This document shows positions 28,607 to 41,075 of a stretch of DNA of 64,000 nucleotides, piece after piece. The stretch lies in the NCBI GenBank assembly GCA_951406725.2, contig OX597827.1, positions 81,964,001 to 82,028,000 of the forward strand, in the 5' to 3' direction. Each line of letters begins with the position of its first letter. Position 1 is the first letter of the stretch. The DNA is from Octopus vulgaris. Taxonomy: Eukaryota. Under the pieces are notes generated by a model. That model saw only the letters and a program-made list of their open reading frames with translations, had not been told where the DNA came from and made no database searches. Both the position numbers and the translations under genes were made by a program.

Positions 28607-28711
28607 ACAAGAGTTAAGGAATGGAATAGATAAGACCCAGGCTACATATATTTCTGGATCTTATCTACATATGTAGCTGGGATCTCATCTGCTCCATTCC
28701 TTAACTTTTGT
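28607..28711. repeat. Inverted repeat of ~44-bp arms derived from a dispersed repeat
   Basis: acaagagttaaggaatggaatagataagacccaggctacatat pairs with atatgtagctgggatctcatctgctccattccttaacttttgt. A single-arm relative lies near 61785-61826. Confidence 0.8.
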
Positions 28712-28713
28712 GT

Positions 28714-28750
<37 letters not shown>

Positions 28751-28763
28751 ATCCTTTCATATG

Positions 28764-28823
28764 TTCTACTGAAGAGGAAAGAATCTTTTATGAGATTAAT
28801 TCCGAAATTGATTCAATATAGAA
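28764..28823 (+). ncRNA. Minimal type I hammerhead ribozyme motif (complete core)
   Basis: TTCTA (stem I) CTGAAGA GGAA...TTCC (stem II, inner aatct/agatt) GAAA TTGA-t-TCAA (palindromic stem III) TA TAGAA (stem I'). Predicted cleavage after A28818 (AUA). Confidence 0.8.
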
Positions 28824-29039
28824 ATAACGAACTTTTCAAAAAATTCTATCGACCGGCTTCCCCGATTTCAGTTCTTTGTGTTTTTTTTTGTAGCGAGTAA
28901 ATAATATGTGGAAATTGACGATTTAAATGTCTGTTATCAGCATATTGGCATTGAAATAATTTTCTTTAGCCCTTATATATAAGTTATATATATTTTATAT
29001 ATATAAACGACAGCCACTCCTCAATACTAGCACAATTGA

Positions 29040-30897
29040 TGGACTATTAAGCTCCACAATCAAGAGCCCTTCACAGTTCAGCTTCCTCTGGTACCACAAG
29101 TGACCCTTCGTCATCATAGTCTTTTATTACCCTTGCCACTGTGTGTAAATAAAGTAAAGCCATGAACACACGAAACCCCAAAATATGTCGCTATTCTCAA
29201 TGCGAGAGACTATGCATACACAGTGACTGTAACTTCAACCATTTACCTGGGACAAGACAAACAATTCATACAAGCAGCACCAGCCAACACCAAACCATAC
29301 TAAATCACACTTGATAACTTCTCCGCATGTAGCCTGGAATCCTAAAATCTGTTGCTACTCCTAACATAAAAGATTATCCCTTCACTCGTCTTCCAGGGAC
29401 TCGATGCATTAGTAAAAGCATGATACTAAACCACCACCAAATCCACAGTAGAAACATCCCTTGCAGTGGCAGCGATGACTTCCATCAAAACCCCGAAGTC
29501 ACCCAAGGTATCTGCTGGGTACAATAGTAAAACCAACAGGCGCAAACCATATAACTATAACCATATTCAACAGTGCAACCATACCAACCCCAGACAACAA
29601 CTCCTCCCGAAACAAGAAAATCCCTATTTAGCCATGATGAATCTGGCAAAAAAAATAAAAAAGCCTTCTAACTCTCACACAGCACCAACCACGGTTGTGA
29701 CCCCAGTGCACAACCACACCATTGTTGTCATAAACCCACAAACTCAAATCAATAACATTGCCAAATGTACAAAGTCTTTCACGCTTCACAAATCAAACAA
29801 AAGTATCATATCTTAGACACCTTGCACAGCGAGAGAGACCTTGTTAGAATGAGAGAGACCTTGTTAGAACGAGAGAGACCTTGTTAGAACGAGAGAGACC
29901 TTGTTAGAGCTAGAGAGACCTTGTTAGAACGAGAGAGACCTTGTTACAGCGAGAGATACCTTGATAGAGCTAGAGAGACCGTGTTACAACGAGAGCGACC
30001 TTGCACAGTGAGAAAAACCTTGTTACAGTGAGCGTGACCTTGGTACAGCGAGAGAGACCTTAGTAGAATGAGAGAGACCTTGATAGAGCTAGAGAGACCT
30101 TGTTACAACGAGAGGGACCTTGCACAGTGAGAAAAACCTTGTTACAGTGAGCGTGACCTTGGTACAGCGAAAGACACCTTAGTAGAACGAGAGAGACCTT
30201 GATAGAGCTAGAGAGACCTTGTTACAGTGAGAGAGAGACCTTGTTAGAGCTAGAGAGACCTTGTTAAAGCAAGAGAGACCTTGTTACAGTGAGCGTGACC
30301 TTGGTACAGCAAGAGAGACCTTATTACAGTGAGAGAGACCTTGTTACAGTGAGAGGGACCTTGCACAGCAAGAGGAACCTTGTTAGAGCGAGAAAAGCCA
30401 ATATGTGAAGCATGAAGTGAAACGTCCCTGACCCCAGACATATTGGATGTGGAATTACATCTGTCAGAATTGACAACAGAATATGAGGAGAAATAGTGAT
30501 CTTCATCCAAAAGGACCTGGCCCCAAATGTCCTTCTCTCTCTCACTCCAACACAGTGTGTGATATGTCACCAGATATTCCACCTTCGAAATCCCAAGCAA
30601 GAACACTTTATTGTACGAGTCTAATATTCAGGGATCCTCAACCGTTCAACTGCCTGCCTAACAGAATCAGAAATATAAAAGGAACCTCTAGTGAAACATT
30701 AAACAAACAAAAAAAAACCCATTGGTAACAGAAACAAAAATACCGGACTGGTCAGCCATTCAGGGATGCACTCAGGGGAGGTCAGTTGCTACCAACTCCA
30801 TCACTGACCAACTTCCAGCCATAAAGTGATGACAAAGCCAGAAGAAAATAAATTGAAATGGTGCTCCATCATGGCTGCAGTCCTACCACTGAAACCT
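29040..30897 (+). mobile_element. Internally deleted CR1/L2-group LINE (ORF1 zinc-finger remnant, minisatellite, ORF2 C-terminus, tail)
   Basis: From 29177: PKICRYSQCERLCIHSDCNFNHLPGTR (CCCH-like). 5' part homologous to 51700-52100 and 30965-31090. 3' part RTLYCTSLIFRDPQPFNCLPNRIRNI matches RTSYCNSLGFKGTQLFNILP of the 26.7-kb LINE; shared 3' tail. Confidence 0.75.
29813..30392. repeat. 20-bp minisatellite (gagagagaccttgttagaac-type), ~29 units with a 119-bp higher-order repeat
   Basis: Visible 20-bp periodicity; the block starting at 30001 recurs at 30120. Confidence 0.95.
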
Positions 30898-31449
30898 CCC
30901 AACTACATGGTTCCAGGTATCATGTGTTTATAGATTTTTAATTTATTTACTGTTGGCACACATGATACCCCAAAATGTGCCAGTTTTCTCAGTGCAAGAG
31001 ACTGTATACACAGTAACTGAAATTTCTCTCATTTACCTGGGACAGATCACGCAATTCGTACAAGCAGCACCAGCCAATGCCAAAACACACCTCTTATGCT
31101 ACTGCCACCGCTCTAGCCACCACCACCACCACCACCACTCTCCCCACCATTTCTATGTGATTTTTCAAATTGCTACCCTTTGTGCAATTTTTCAATCAGT
31201 TTGTCTGTTTCACTGTGTGCATGTGTGTGAGTCTGTGCATGCATGTGTGTGTATACATATACACATGCACTATATATATATATATACACACACATACATA
31301 CATACATGTGTGTGTGTCTGTCTTTGCCCCTCCCCCACCATCACTTGGCAACTGGTGTTGGTGTGTCCATATCTCAGTTTGTGAAATGCAATGCTGGAAA
31401 GCATTTCCCACCCTACCACAAATGTTAAAAATGATAACAGAAACGAAAG

Positions 31450-32016
31450 AGGGGTGGCACTGCAGTAGCAGGCTGTGGCTGTCATGGCTTCTGATCTTAA
31501 CTGATTGGAAGTATTATCATGTACATTGTTTTGTCTTGGTATAAAAGATGGACTACAACAAACATTCTGCTCAATGCCACAGATTTGCTTGTCAGTTGTT
31601 TGACCTTAACCAGTTGACCAGGTCCCTTTGTGGCTCATGATATGTGCATCTCTGACCACGAGCAGAAGTAGTGGGGGAGCATCATAGCCATGTATTGAGA
31701 GGAATTCTTTGGGGTTTTGAATAATTCACTTTTGGAAACATGGGTGTTTCAGTCAACATCCTTAAACAACTCTTGTTCAGGGACCTTTTGAGTGAACTGG
31801 GTTACTCGACTTGAAGAAAATTTTAACCGGGACCCATCTGCAAGGTTATGCACTGTTTACCTTGATATGAGATTACCATGTGACTGTGCTGCAAGTGTCT
31901 GGTGTACCCTGATCAGACGGGTAGTCATGATGGGTATACTGGGCTTCGTATATTTGTATCTCAGTGTCACTTTGATGGTGTATGCTGCTTTCTCCCTCAA
32001 TAATAATAATAATTAA
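31450..32016 (+). mobile_element. Probable LINE 3' UTR fragment ending in (TAA)n
   Basis: Complex non-coding block terminating in caataataataataat. Recognised as octopus repeat-like, but no second copy in this window. Confidence 0.4.
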
Positions 32017-32925
32017 TGATGATGGATTCTCCTTTTAATTCTGATCTAGTAAGGTCTAAATAGCATTTTTCCCTTTTCTGATGCTTTAGTTCTGTTATGA
32101 ATGTGTCTCGTAAGACTTTAATCCCTCCAACAATATACAGACAAGTCCACAGATTGGACATCAGAAAGGAATGTTATAAAAAAGTGGTTGGCATCACAGT
32201 CTGACACTTTGTTTTTGCTCTCAGTTCTTTAAGATGATCTAGATTATCTAGATGCATTAATTCATCAATTCCTTATGGCTTTATAGCAAGTTAGTTACCA
32301 TTCCTTGCAGTTCTATACAGTTTTTACAAATGTTTCTGCAGGAATCTTCGTCCCTTTCAGCTGAGCTTTGAACTTGTCCTTCTACTTTAGCCAAAGTCTT
32401 CCTATAGTTTTCCTTCCGTCATGGAGCTGGACATACTTCACAACTACATACATCTATACAGACAACACACACACACATGTTTATGCAGATTTTGTCAAGT
32501 ATCTGAAACCCTGCTTTCATCTCTCTGCAACTCACCCCTCCTTCAGTTCACTGAGCCATACTTTGTTTGTACTTAGGGACATTATTAGATCTATCCACCC
32601 AACTCAACTCTATGACAACCATTTGTTCTCCTCTTCACTACATCCAACCATTTGTATAACAAGGGAACTTACTATGACAACACATCCTCTCCCTTTTCTC
32701 ATTCTTATTACTCTAACTCTCCTACGTTATAAGGGATTGAATTAGATCTACTTGTAATTCTTGCACTCAGCATTTCTCATTCTATAATTCCAGTCATCCC
32801 CCTCATTCTTGATTGGCATCTGTCATTCATCCCATTTCTCTCTCACCCTTCCACCCTCATCCCCCCCTCATTCTTGAGCCGCTTCTGACTGGCATCTGTC
32901 ATTTATTCTCATCTCTATTTCTAGC

Positions 32926-33129
32926 CATCCCATTTCTCTCTCACCCTGCCACCCTTTCATCCCATTTCTCTCTCACCCTGCCACCCTTTCATCCCATTTC
33001 TCTCTCACCCTGCCACCCTTTCATCCCATTTCTCTCTCACCCTGCCACCCTTTCATCCCATTTCTCTCTCACCCTGCCACCCTTTCATCCCATTTCTCTC
33101 TCACCCTGCCACCCTTTCATCCCATTTCT
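32926..33129. repeat. 32-bp minisatellite, 6 perfect copies plus a partial copy
   Basis: Unit catcccatttctctctcaccctgccacccttt; diverged seed copy near 32828-32860. Confidence 0.95.
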
Positions 33130-33570
33130 ACCATCATACACTGGCTCCCTTCAACAGCCCATTCTGCTTCTTCTATCATCGTCACTCTTTTATTCATTTA
33201 CTTTCTCAGTCATATAGCGTTGAGTGAACAAACACACCATAAAATAGTCAGGACACTTTATTCGTATGGGTCCCAAGGCAACTCCACTGATGTTGGTACC
33301 ATTATAAAGTGAATGCTGAAAGATGGAGATTTTCTGAAGACTTTGACAACCTCTCTAGCGTCGGAGTTACCAAGTTCACACTACAATGTGAATGGTGCCA
33401 GGAAGGGAATCCATCGAGCGAAGTCAAACTAAGAATGCAATGTACTACAAAGAGACAATCTTCTTATGTGATGAGGAGGGCAATAGCTCTGAATAAGAAG
33501 TGATTGGGACAGTGACCATATATCCATCCCCTGTTAGCTTGGAAAGTGGGTGCAAGAGGACAATGACAGA

Positions 33571-33795
33571 CATCATCATCATCATTCAATGTCCCCGTTT
33601 CCACAGTGACCAGGGTTGGACAGTCTGACAAGAACAGATGAGCCAGAAAGCTCCACCAGGCTCCAGTGTCTGCTTGACCATGATTTCTATGGCTGGATGC
33701 CATTCCTAACAGCAAACACTTACCTGAGTGTGTTTCATGCATGGAACCAGTAATGGTGAGGCTGCCAAGTACCTTGCAAGATAAGACCCCTTTCA
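33571..33795 (-). mobile_element. Family D repeat copy (diverged)
   Basis: catcatcatcattcaatgtcc...gggttggacag...ggctggatgccattcctaacagcaaacact. Confidence 0.7.
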
Positions 33796-34214
33796 ACTGA
33801 TTGGAGGTATAGACTGGAGAGAGAAACTATGATAGAGGGAGAAGAGACAAATATATGATTTGCCCACCAGCAAAGTGAGAGAGAGAGAGAGAGAGAGAAA
33901 GAAAAAGATGTGAGATCCAGATACAAAGTGAATATGAGACAGAATAGGAAGTGCACTGAATGAAAATAAGGAGACAAATGATTAGAGATATGGAGTGATT
34001 GATATATATATATATATATATATATCTATATAGACATGTTTGTATATCTATGTCTGTCTGCCTGCTTATCTATCTATCTGTCTGTTTGTCTGTCTATTTA
34101 TCTATATAAAAACTAAACAGATCAAAGAAGTGAGATGAGAGAATAGATGGTTATTCCATTTGTTTACAGCTTTTTCGTAATCCCCTTAAATCTTGGGTGT
34201 TGCATCACCATAGT

Positions 34215-34530
34215 GAAGGCAGGTGGCTTAGTGGTTAGGGCAGTTCGTTCATGATCATAAGGTCGTGCGTTTGATTCCCAGTTGCACAGTGTGTCCTTGA
34301 GCAAGGCACTTTATTTCACTTTATTGCTCCAGTTCACTCAGCTGGCAAAAATGAGTTGTACCTGTAATTCCCAAGGGATCGCCCTTGTCATGTTCTGTGT
34401 TATGCTGAGTCTGCCTGAGGGGACTATGTTAAGTGTCCGTGTGTCTGTGGAAGGCTCAGCCGTTTGGACATCAATTTCACAAGCAGGCTGTTCTATTGAT
34501 CAAACCAACTGGACCCCTGGTCATTGTAAC
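34215..34530 (+). mobile_element. SINE family A copy
   Basis: gaaggcaggTGGCTTAGTGGttagggcag...tttgattccc head; body matches the copies at 39496 and 11989. Confidence 0.85.
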
Positions 34531-35886
34531 CACATCAACATCAACAGTATATAAAATATACACATAAATATATATATATATGCACCCATATAGATATATA
34601 AATGTGCCGTAATTCAAGTAACAGACTTTGGAATGTTTCATGGCAGTTCGAACCCTCAACTCCACCATAGAAAGTAAGCAGTTTCAGATTTGAGACAATG
34701 GATGTATTGGGGGACGGTCCCTGCCAAATATATCAACTGAACCCAATCCCTGCCCACCTAGCCCTGGTTTGTGGTATTTGTGTCAAAAATGTCTTCAGTA
34801 AAGCATGAACATCACAACATCTTGCATCCTGCTGAACATTGTTATTTACAACTGGCTGTGGTGGTGGTGGTGGTGGTGGTGGTGGTTTAGCCCCTGGTCA
34901 GCTGATATTTCAGCCATGATTATGCTTTCTATTTCTGTTTAGGGGACTGACTTATCCCATGTGGTTTTAAAACAACAGCATGTAGTGACTGGGATACATA
35001 ACTGCCGTTTCTAGCTAAGTAGTTGTATCATTATTGTTCCTGCTGTTGTTGTTGCTGTTTAACCCCAGGTCAGTACTGATCCAGCAGACCTATGAGTCAT
35101 GACATTGTAAGGTAACTAGAACTCCATCATCTTCTCTGCTCCTTCATTTTACAAGGAAGAAGCATTTAATTTAAGGGAAGTCACAATCAACTCCAGTCAC
35201 ATCTGTAGTTGTTAGTCAGCTTCAGTCACAAATGTTGTAGTTAGACAACTATCATTAGTCTTATTCAATCTCCATTCATGCTGCCATCTTAAGTCTTAAT
35301 TCAGATGAATATTCTCACCAATGCCTGGTATTTTCAACATGAAATCCTAAGCTTTTGAAATGGAACAAAAGAAAATGTTGGTTGTTGGAATTAGGATGTC
35401 ATATGACTATACAAAAGCCCATAACTGGTTGAAGTGGTCCCTACTTAAAAGGCAGTAGAGCATTGTTTTGTGATAGGGGAGTTTGAGTGATACACTGACC
35501 AAAACACATAAGGGCCACCTTCAGTCTGTGGTCCCTATTTTAAAACCAGTGGTCTACCACATCTCCCATTGTCCTTAGTTAACTATTCCAGTGTGTGTTT
35601 TGAGTTCCCAAGACCACATTTATGTATGCATTTATCTTGGTCTTTATTTTAATGACAGTACAGAAACTGCTAAGGGGGATTTGACTGCTATGTCTTGAAG
35701 GTTTAATGGCTCAAATGACACCCCAACTTAGTGATACAGGAATACTTACTGGATGTTCTATTACATCCTTATTTTTACAGATTACATGGAGCAAACTGTG
35801 TGGAATACCTCCGAATGGACTGTACCAGGTGTTCTACGTGGGGATTATATTAAGAGAACCAGAGTCTGTCAATGCTCAGCCCTTGT

Positions 35887-36210
35887 GAAGGCATGTGGTT
35901 TAATGATTTGGGTATTCAGCTCATGGTCATAAGGTTAGGAGTTGAATTCACGGTGACACATTGTTTCCTTCAGCAAGGCACTTCATTGCTCCTGTCTGCT
36001 CTGCTGGCAAAAATGTGGTGGTGTACCTGTAATTGAAAAGGCCATCTTCGTCACATTCTGTATCACACTGACTCTCTGAGTACTGCGTTAAGGGTACCTG
36101 TGTCTGTGGAACATTCAGCCACTCACATGTTAATTTCACGATTTCATGAGCAAGCTGTTCCATTGATCGGATCAACTGGACCACTCATCACCAGAACCCA
36201 CAGAGTGTCC
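35887..36210 (+). mobile_element. SINE family A copy
   Basis: Diverged head plus the conserved body ...gcaagctgttccattgatcggatcaactggaacc. Confidence 0.8.
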
Positions 36211-36773
36211 CCAGTTATGGGATAATTTAATAAATGTGGAAGTTCAGTTAATCAAACAACTGGAAAAGTCCTTGTGATTGAGAATCGAACTTCTTACAAC
36301 ACAACTATGCCTGTGCATATATATATATGATGGTTATGATAATGGAGGTTGTCCCCTCATGACCAAGGAAGACTCTTACTGACCAGCAATGCTGGTGCAG
36401 TCAGCTTCATTAGGGTTCATGTCTGCAGGGTCCATACTTGCACAGCACCTCACAGACCCTCTTCACCCTACTGACATGATCCAGAGACAAGCCAGGACAA
36501 GATATCCTTGTACCATTATGGATCACAGGCTCAAGAATGATCTCCAGTGCAAAACAAATGATCCCAAAAATATTCAGTGCCTTTCCCTGCATATCTGGTT
36601 TTATATCAGTAGTGACCTTCCCCTAGGGGCATACTTTGACAAAAGCTAAGGGGTGCCTCACTCTTGGTGGTCTTCCGGCATGCTAAACACCAACCTGAAA
36701 TTTATATATGTGAATGTGTATATGTGTATGTATGTATGTGTGTGTATATATATACATATATATATATGTATAC

Positions 36774-36819
<46 letters not shown>

Positions 36820-36854
36820 CATATACACACATACATATACTCACATATACACAC

Positions 36855-36911
<57 letters not shown>

Positions 36912-37771
36912 TTTATATCCAACTGTATATGTGTGTGTGTGAGTATTTACCCTCAGTGACTTGAGTAAAAGAGAGACTACATGAACGAGATAGCTAAAAA
37001 CTAAGCCAGGGTTTCATTTGTCAACAAAGTTCTTCTTGGATTCTTTAAGGATTACTTAACAGAGAGTGAGAGAGGAAAAGAGGGATGAGAGAGAGAGAGA
37101 TGAAGATAGAGAGAGATATCCTGATCTTGGAAGGAACCTTACTTGAAAGTAGGCAACATGGGACTGGCGTGGTATATATGGATACACAGTTAAATGCTGT
37201 GCACCCCCACCGTAAGGGACCAGGAGAGGGACACACACATCCTGACTGTACAGATAGGTTTCTCATGATGATGATGATGACGTGTACACCTCACCATTGT
37301 CAGTGGAAGGTGACAAATACTTCACAGGACATTTTTCTGGGGTCAATTCATTTCACTAAAATTCTTCAGAGCAGTGCTCCAGCATGACCAGTCTAATAGT
37401 AACAACAAATGGTGAAAGAACTGGTGAAAACCTGGCCAATGTGGGTGGCTGCTGTGGTTTGGGGTTCAGTGCTACAGTGTGACACCTTGAGCATGTATTT
37501 TGTTTACCACAGCCTTTAGGGAATGAAATGCTTGGGAAAGAAATTGAGTGGAGGATCATTTCTGGAGCTCATTTCTGCCTTGGAGCAGAAGACTTAATGA
37601 ATTTGAGAGAGATTTGGTTGCTATTTTTAGCACCTAATTAGAACGTTGTTACTTGGAATATAAGTTAGTACATGGCACAGTTCATCTCACCTTATGTAGG
37701 GAGCACATCAGGTAAGGTCCACCTGGGTAACACAGGCTAGTGTACAGCATGGTACACCCAGGGTGGGGAGT

Positions 37772-37950
37772 GGAGGCAGTGGCTGGCTTGGTGGTTTGAT
37801 CATAAGATTGTGGTTTCCATTCCTGTCAGCAAAACACTTCATTTCATGCTGTTCTGTTCCACTCAGTTGGCAAAGATGAGTTCAGCCTGTGATGGATCAG
37901 CATCCTATCCAGTGGGGAATATGGAAACCTGGAAACTAGGCCTATGAGTC
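37772..37950 (+). mobile_element. SINE with family-A-like head and a different tail
   Basis: tRNA-like head, then ccactcagttggcaaagatgagt (shared with 34335), then a divergent tail. Confidence 0.55.
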
Positions 37951-38676
37951 TGCATAAGTTGGGAAGGACCCAAGAGTGGTTGTAGGGTGGTACACCAAGG
38001 TATATATAAGTAGCCCAGGGTGGCATAGCCTGTAACTCACCTCTATCATCAGCAAGAAAACAAGAGAATTGAGGCGGGTTTATTGAGCTTCTGTCCCCTT
38101 CTTTGCACAAGGAGAGCTAAATACTATTATAGCAATGGTCTTTTTAAGACAGGATGGTCATAGATGAAATACCTTTATTCATGACTCTTCTCAGTCACTG
38201 TTGACTTGTGGTTAAACAGCAGCAGCCATAACAAGTGGTCCCATGGATCTTTGTAATTTTAAGGAGAGAATTGGGGAAAAAAAGAACAAAAACAAATCTA
38301 TTGTTACGTTAATGTATTTCCTTTAAACTCCTTTTTGCACTTGTGTTCTGCTTTTTCACATCTTGTTATTTTGTTATTGTTATTTTATCCTTTTCCCTGT
38401 TATCCCCTTTCTTTAGGCCCCCTTCTGTACTAACCTTTCTCCTGTTCATTTTTTGTTGGGGTCTCTTCTCTGCTCTGCTGGTTCCTCTTTGGCCATCTTT
38501 GATAACCCTTTCAGCATTTCATTTTTTCTCATCATCTTTCTTCATTTTTCTAGTGACCCATACTTCTGATCTCTCTCTCTCTCTCTCTCTGTTGGTCCCT
38601 TTCTGCCAACCCCCCTCAATTACCACCCACCTGGGTTTATCCCTTCATCAAACCTTGATAAAGTGGGTCAGGTTAA

Positions 38677-38895
38677 CCCTTTATTTACCATGTTTCTGTG
38701 ATGCTCTGTGTTTCTTTCAATTACTTTTAAATATAACAAAGAATTTAGTAAAACAATTTCGTTATCATCCAGCTTGCGTTAGGAACACAAATTGTGACTC
38801 AGGTTTGGTCGAAGATTTCAATTCAGAACTTTTGTAAACAAGATATTTGTACTACAGAGCCAGAGGCAGTTTCAGCCGGGTTGGTATCAAGAGGG
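38677..38895. mobile_element. piggyBac-type MITE
   Basis: TTAA target duplication (38673-38676, 38896-38899) and imperfect TIRs ccctttatttacc / ggtatcaagaggg. Confidence 0.75.
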
Positions 38896-39495
38896 TTAAG
38901 CCAAAAAGGATTTAATAGAAAGGTGAGACAAGGTGGACTTAGACTGACAGACATCCATGACATAAACACAAGGGGATAAATGAGAGTGTGAGGTGTTTAT
39001 GCATTTCCCACAGATGCTTGTGGCTCTAGCTGGACAGTAATGGACTTGGACATCAAAACTGTTGGCGATGTTGGTCAGTCTTCATTGACCAAGCCTATGA
39101 ATGAAGACATTCCATCCATGTCATTCCCACTGCCAAAAATTACATTATCTGATGTGTCTTTTATTCTTTAGAACAGTGGGAGGAGTGATTTGAGGGTGAT
39201 TTGGTTGCTATTTCTAGCTTGATAGTAAGAGGTTAATGTTTATAATCTACATTAGAAATAAGGGATCAATAGTGGACAGAGTGGGAGAAGTGGCCCTAAT
39301 GCCTTTCCCAGGGGTAATAAGGGAAACTATATTGAGACTGTATTGTATATAATAATATATATATGACTTACTGCAGTCACTGGATTGATGACTGTGATGG
39401 AAGGGGTGGTGGTTGTGGTGGTGATGATGATGATGGAAGGGGTGGTGGTGGTGGTGGTGTTCTGGTAGTGCATGCAAACACACACACGTGTGTGT

Positions 39496-39858
39496 GAAGG
39501 CGCAGTGGCTCAGTGGTTAGGGCAGCGGATTTGTGGTCATAGGATTACAGTTTCGATTCCCAGACCAGGTGTTGTGAGTGTTTATTGAGTGAAAACACTT
39601 AAAGCTCCACAAGGCTCCGGCAGGAGGTCATGGCAATCCCTGCTGTACACCACAACTTTCTCTCACTCTTTCTTCCTGTTTCTGTTGCACCTGTATTTCA
39701 AAGGGCCAGCCATGTCACACTCTGTGTCATGCTGAATCTCCCCGAGAACTATGTTAAAGGTACACGTGTCTGTGGAGTGCTCAGCCACTTGCACGTTAAT
39801 TTCACGAGCAGGCTGGATCAACTGGAACCCTCATCATCATAACAGACGGAGTGCCGTA
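39496..39858 (+). mobile_element. SINE family A, full-length
   Basis: A box TGGCTCAGTGG and B-box-like TTCGATTCC; colinear with the reverse complement of 11989-12375. Confidence 0.9.
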
Positions 39859-39912
39859 AGAGATATATATATATATATTTATCTACTTCACTGTTAATAT
39901 TTATAGTTAGGA

Positions 39913-40156
39913 AGGTGGTGGGAGCTGGCAGAATCATTAGCACGCTGGGCAAAATGCTTCATGGGAGTCCATCTGTTTTTAGGTTCTAAGTTCAAATTCT
40001 GATGAGGTCAACTTTGCCTTTCCTCCTTCTGGAGTTGATAAATTAAGTACCAGTTACGTACTGGGGCCCATAAATCAAGTACTAGTTGCGTACTGGAGTT
40101 GATCTAATCGACTGGCCCCTTCCCCCAAAATTTCGGGCCTTGTGTCTAGAGAAGAA
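39913..40156 (+). mobile_element. SINE family B copy
   Basis: ggtggtgggagctggcagaatcattagcacgctgggcaaaatgctt...gttcaaattc...gaggtcaactttgcctttc; internal duplication of aagtaccagttacgtactgg. Confidence 0.85.
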
Positions 40157-40394
40157 AAGAAACTCCTTAGCAGTTTTATGGTTTATATTTCTGATGTTAT
40201 TACTGTCATCATTCTCGTTCTTGTTATGTTGTTAATCTTGTTGTTGTTGTTGTTGTTACTATTGTCTAAACCCCCACCCATCCACCCACTGACTCTCGTT
40301 TATGCCAATGGTGATGTTTCCAATGAAAATATGATTTCCAGTGGGAGTGATCTGGGCAGAAGGATAGTGTGAACGATCTGTCATTCATGATGAT

Positions 40395-41075
40395 GCTTAA
40401 CCCCTGGTCAGCCCTGGTCCAACAGATCTGTAATCAAAGGTATTCCAAACACAGCCATCTCATTTTTTTATTTAGTCACAGTATATCTAGGAGTACATTA
40501 TCTAATGTAACCAACCTGGTTGTTGTTTAGCCCAAGGTAGGTCAGGATCCAACAGATCTATGATCTAAGGTTCTTCTAGTCATGACAATCCTGCCTGTAT
40601 CCAGTTTGTTTTCTGTTCAGACATTAGTGTATCTAGGACTATACTATTTAATGTGCCTTCTAGTTGTTTAGCCCAAGGTCAGCACTGATCCAGCATACCT
40701 GTCATCGAATCTTTTCTAGTTGTAACTATTCTGTCTTTTGTTCAGACATTGTGTATCTAAGACTATATTATCCAATGTGTCCCTCATAGGTTGAGACTAT
40801 GGAGTATGATTTTGAGGGAGATTTGACTGTTATTTCTAACAAGTCCAGTGATCCCAATAAGGTTCCCTTTCTTATTGGTGTTGGTGGTGGTGGTGGTGAT
40901 GGTACTTTAGCCCCAGGTCAGCCTCTACTGACTTGGGGCTAAATGACATTCCAACTGTAACTAACTAACATAATATGTCATCACACCATCATCCAATGTG
41001 TCCTTCCCTTTTTAAAGACGATGAGTGCAATTCAGTGGAGATTTGGCTGCTATTTCTTGTTTGTGTAGAGGCTCC
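40395..41075. repeat. Tandem cluster of four family E copies
   Basis: The tagccccaggtcagccct...atccaacagatct start recurs near 40398, 40527, 40668 and 40907. Confidence 0.75.

Noticed and set aside
29813-30392. CRISPR-like regular array
   Set aside because: Contiguous 20-bp units with no unique spacers, no cas genes and a eukaryotic context. The same applies to the 32-bp and 19-bp arrays.
36330-36690. Possible Tx1/L1-like RT remnant (also complex blocks at 15770-16270, 2280-2860, 32030-32350 and 42540-43100)
   Set aside because: Probably old LINE debris, but the motifs are too degraded to assign by eye.
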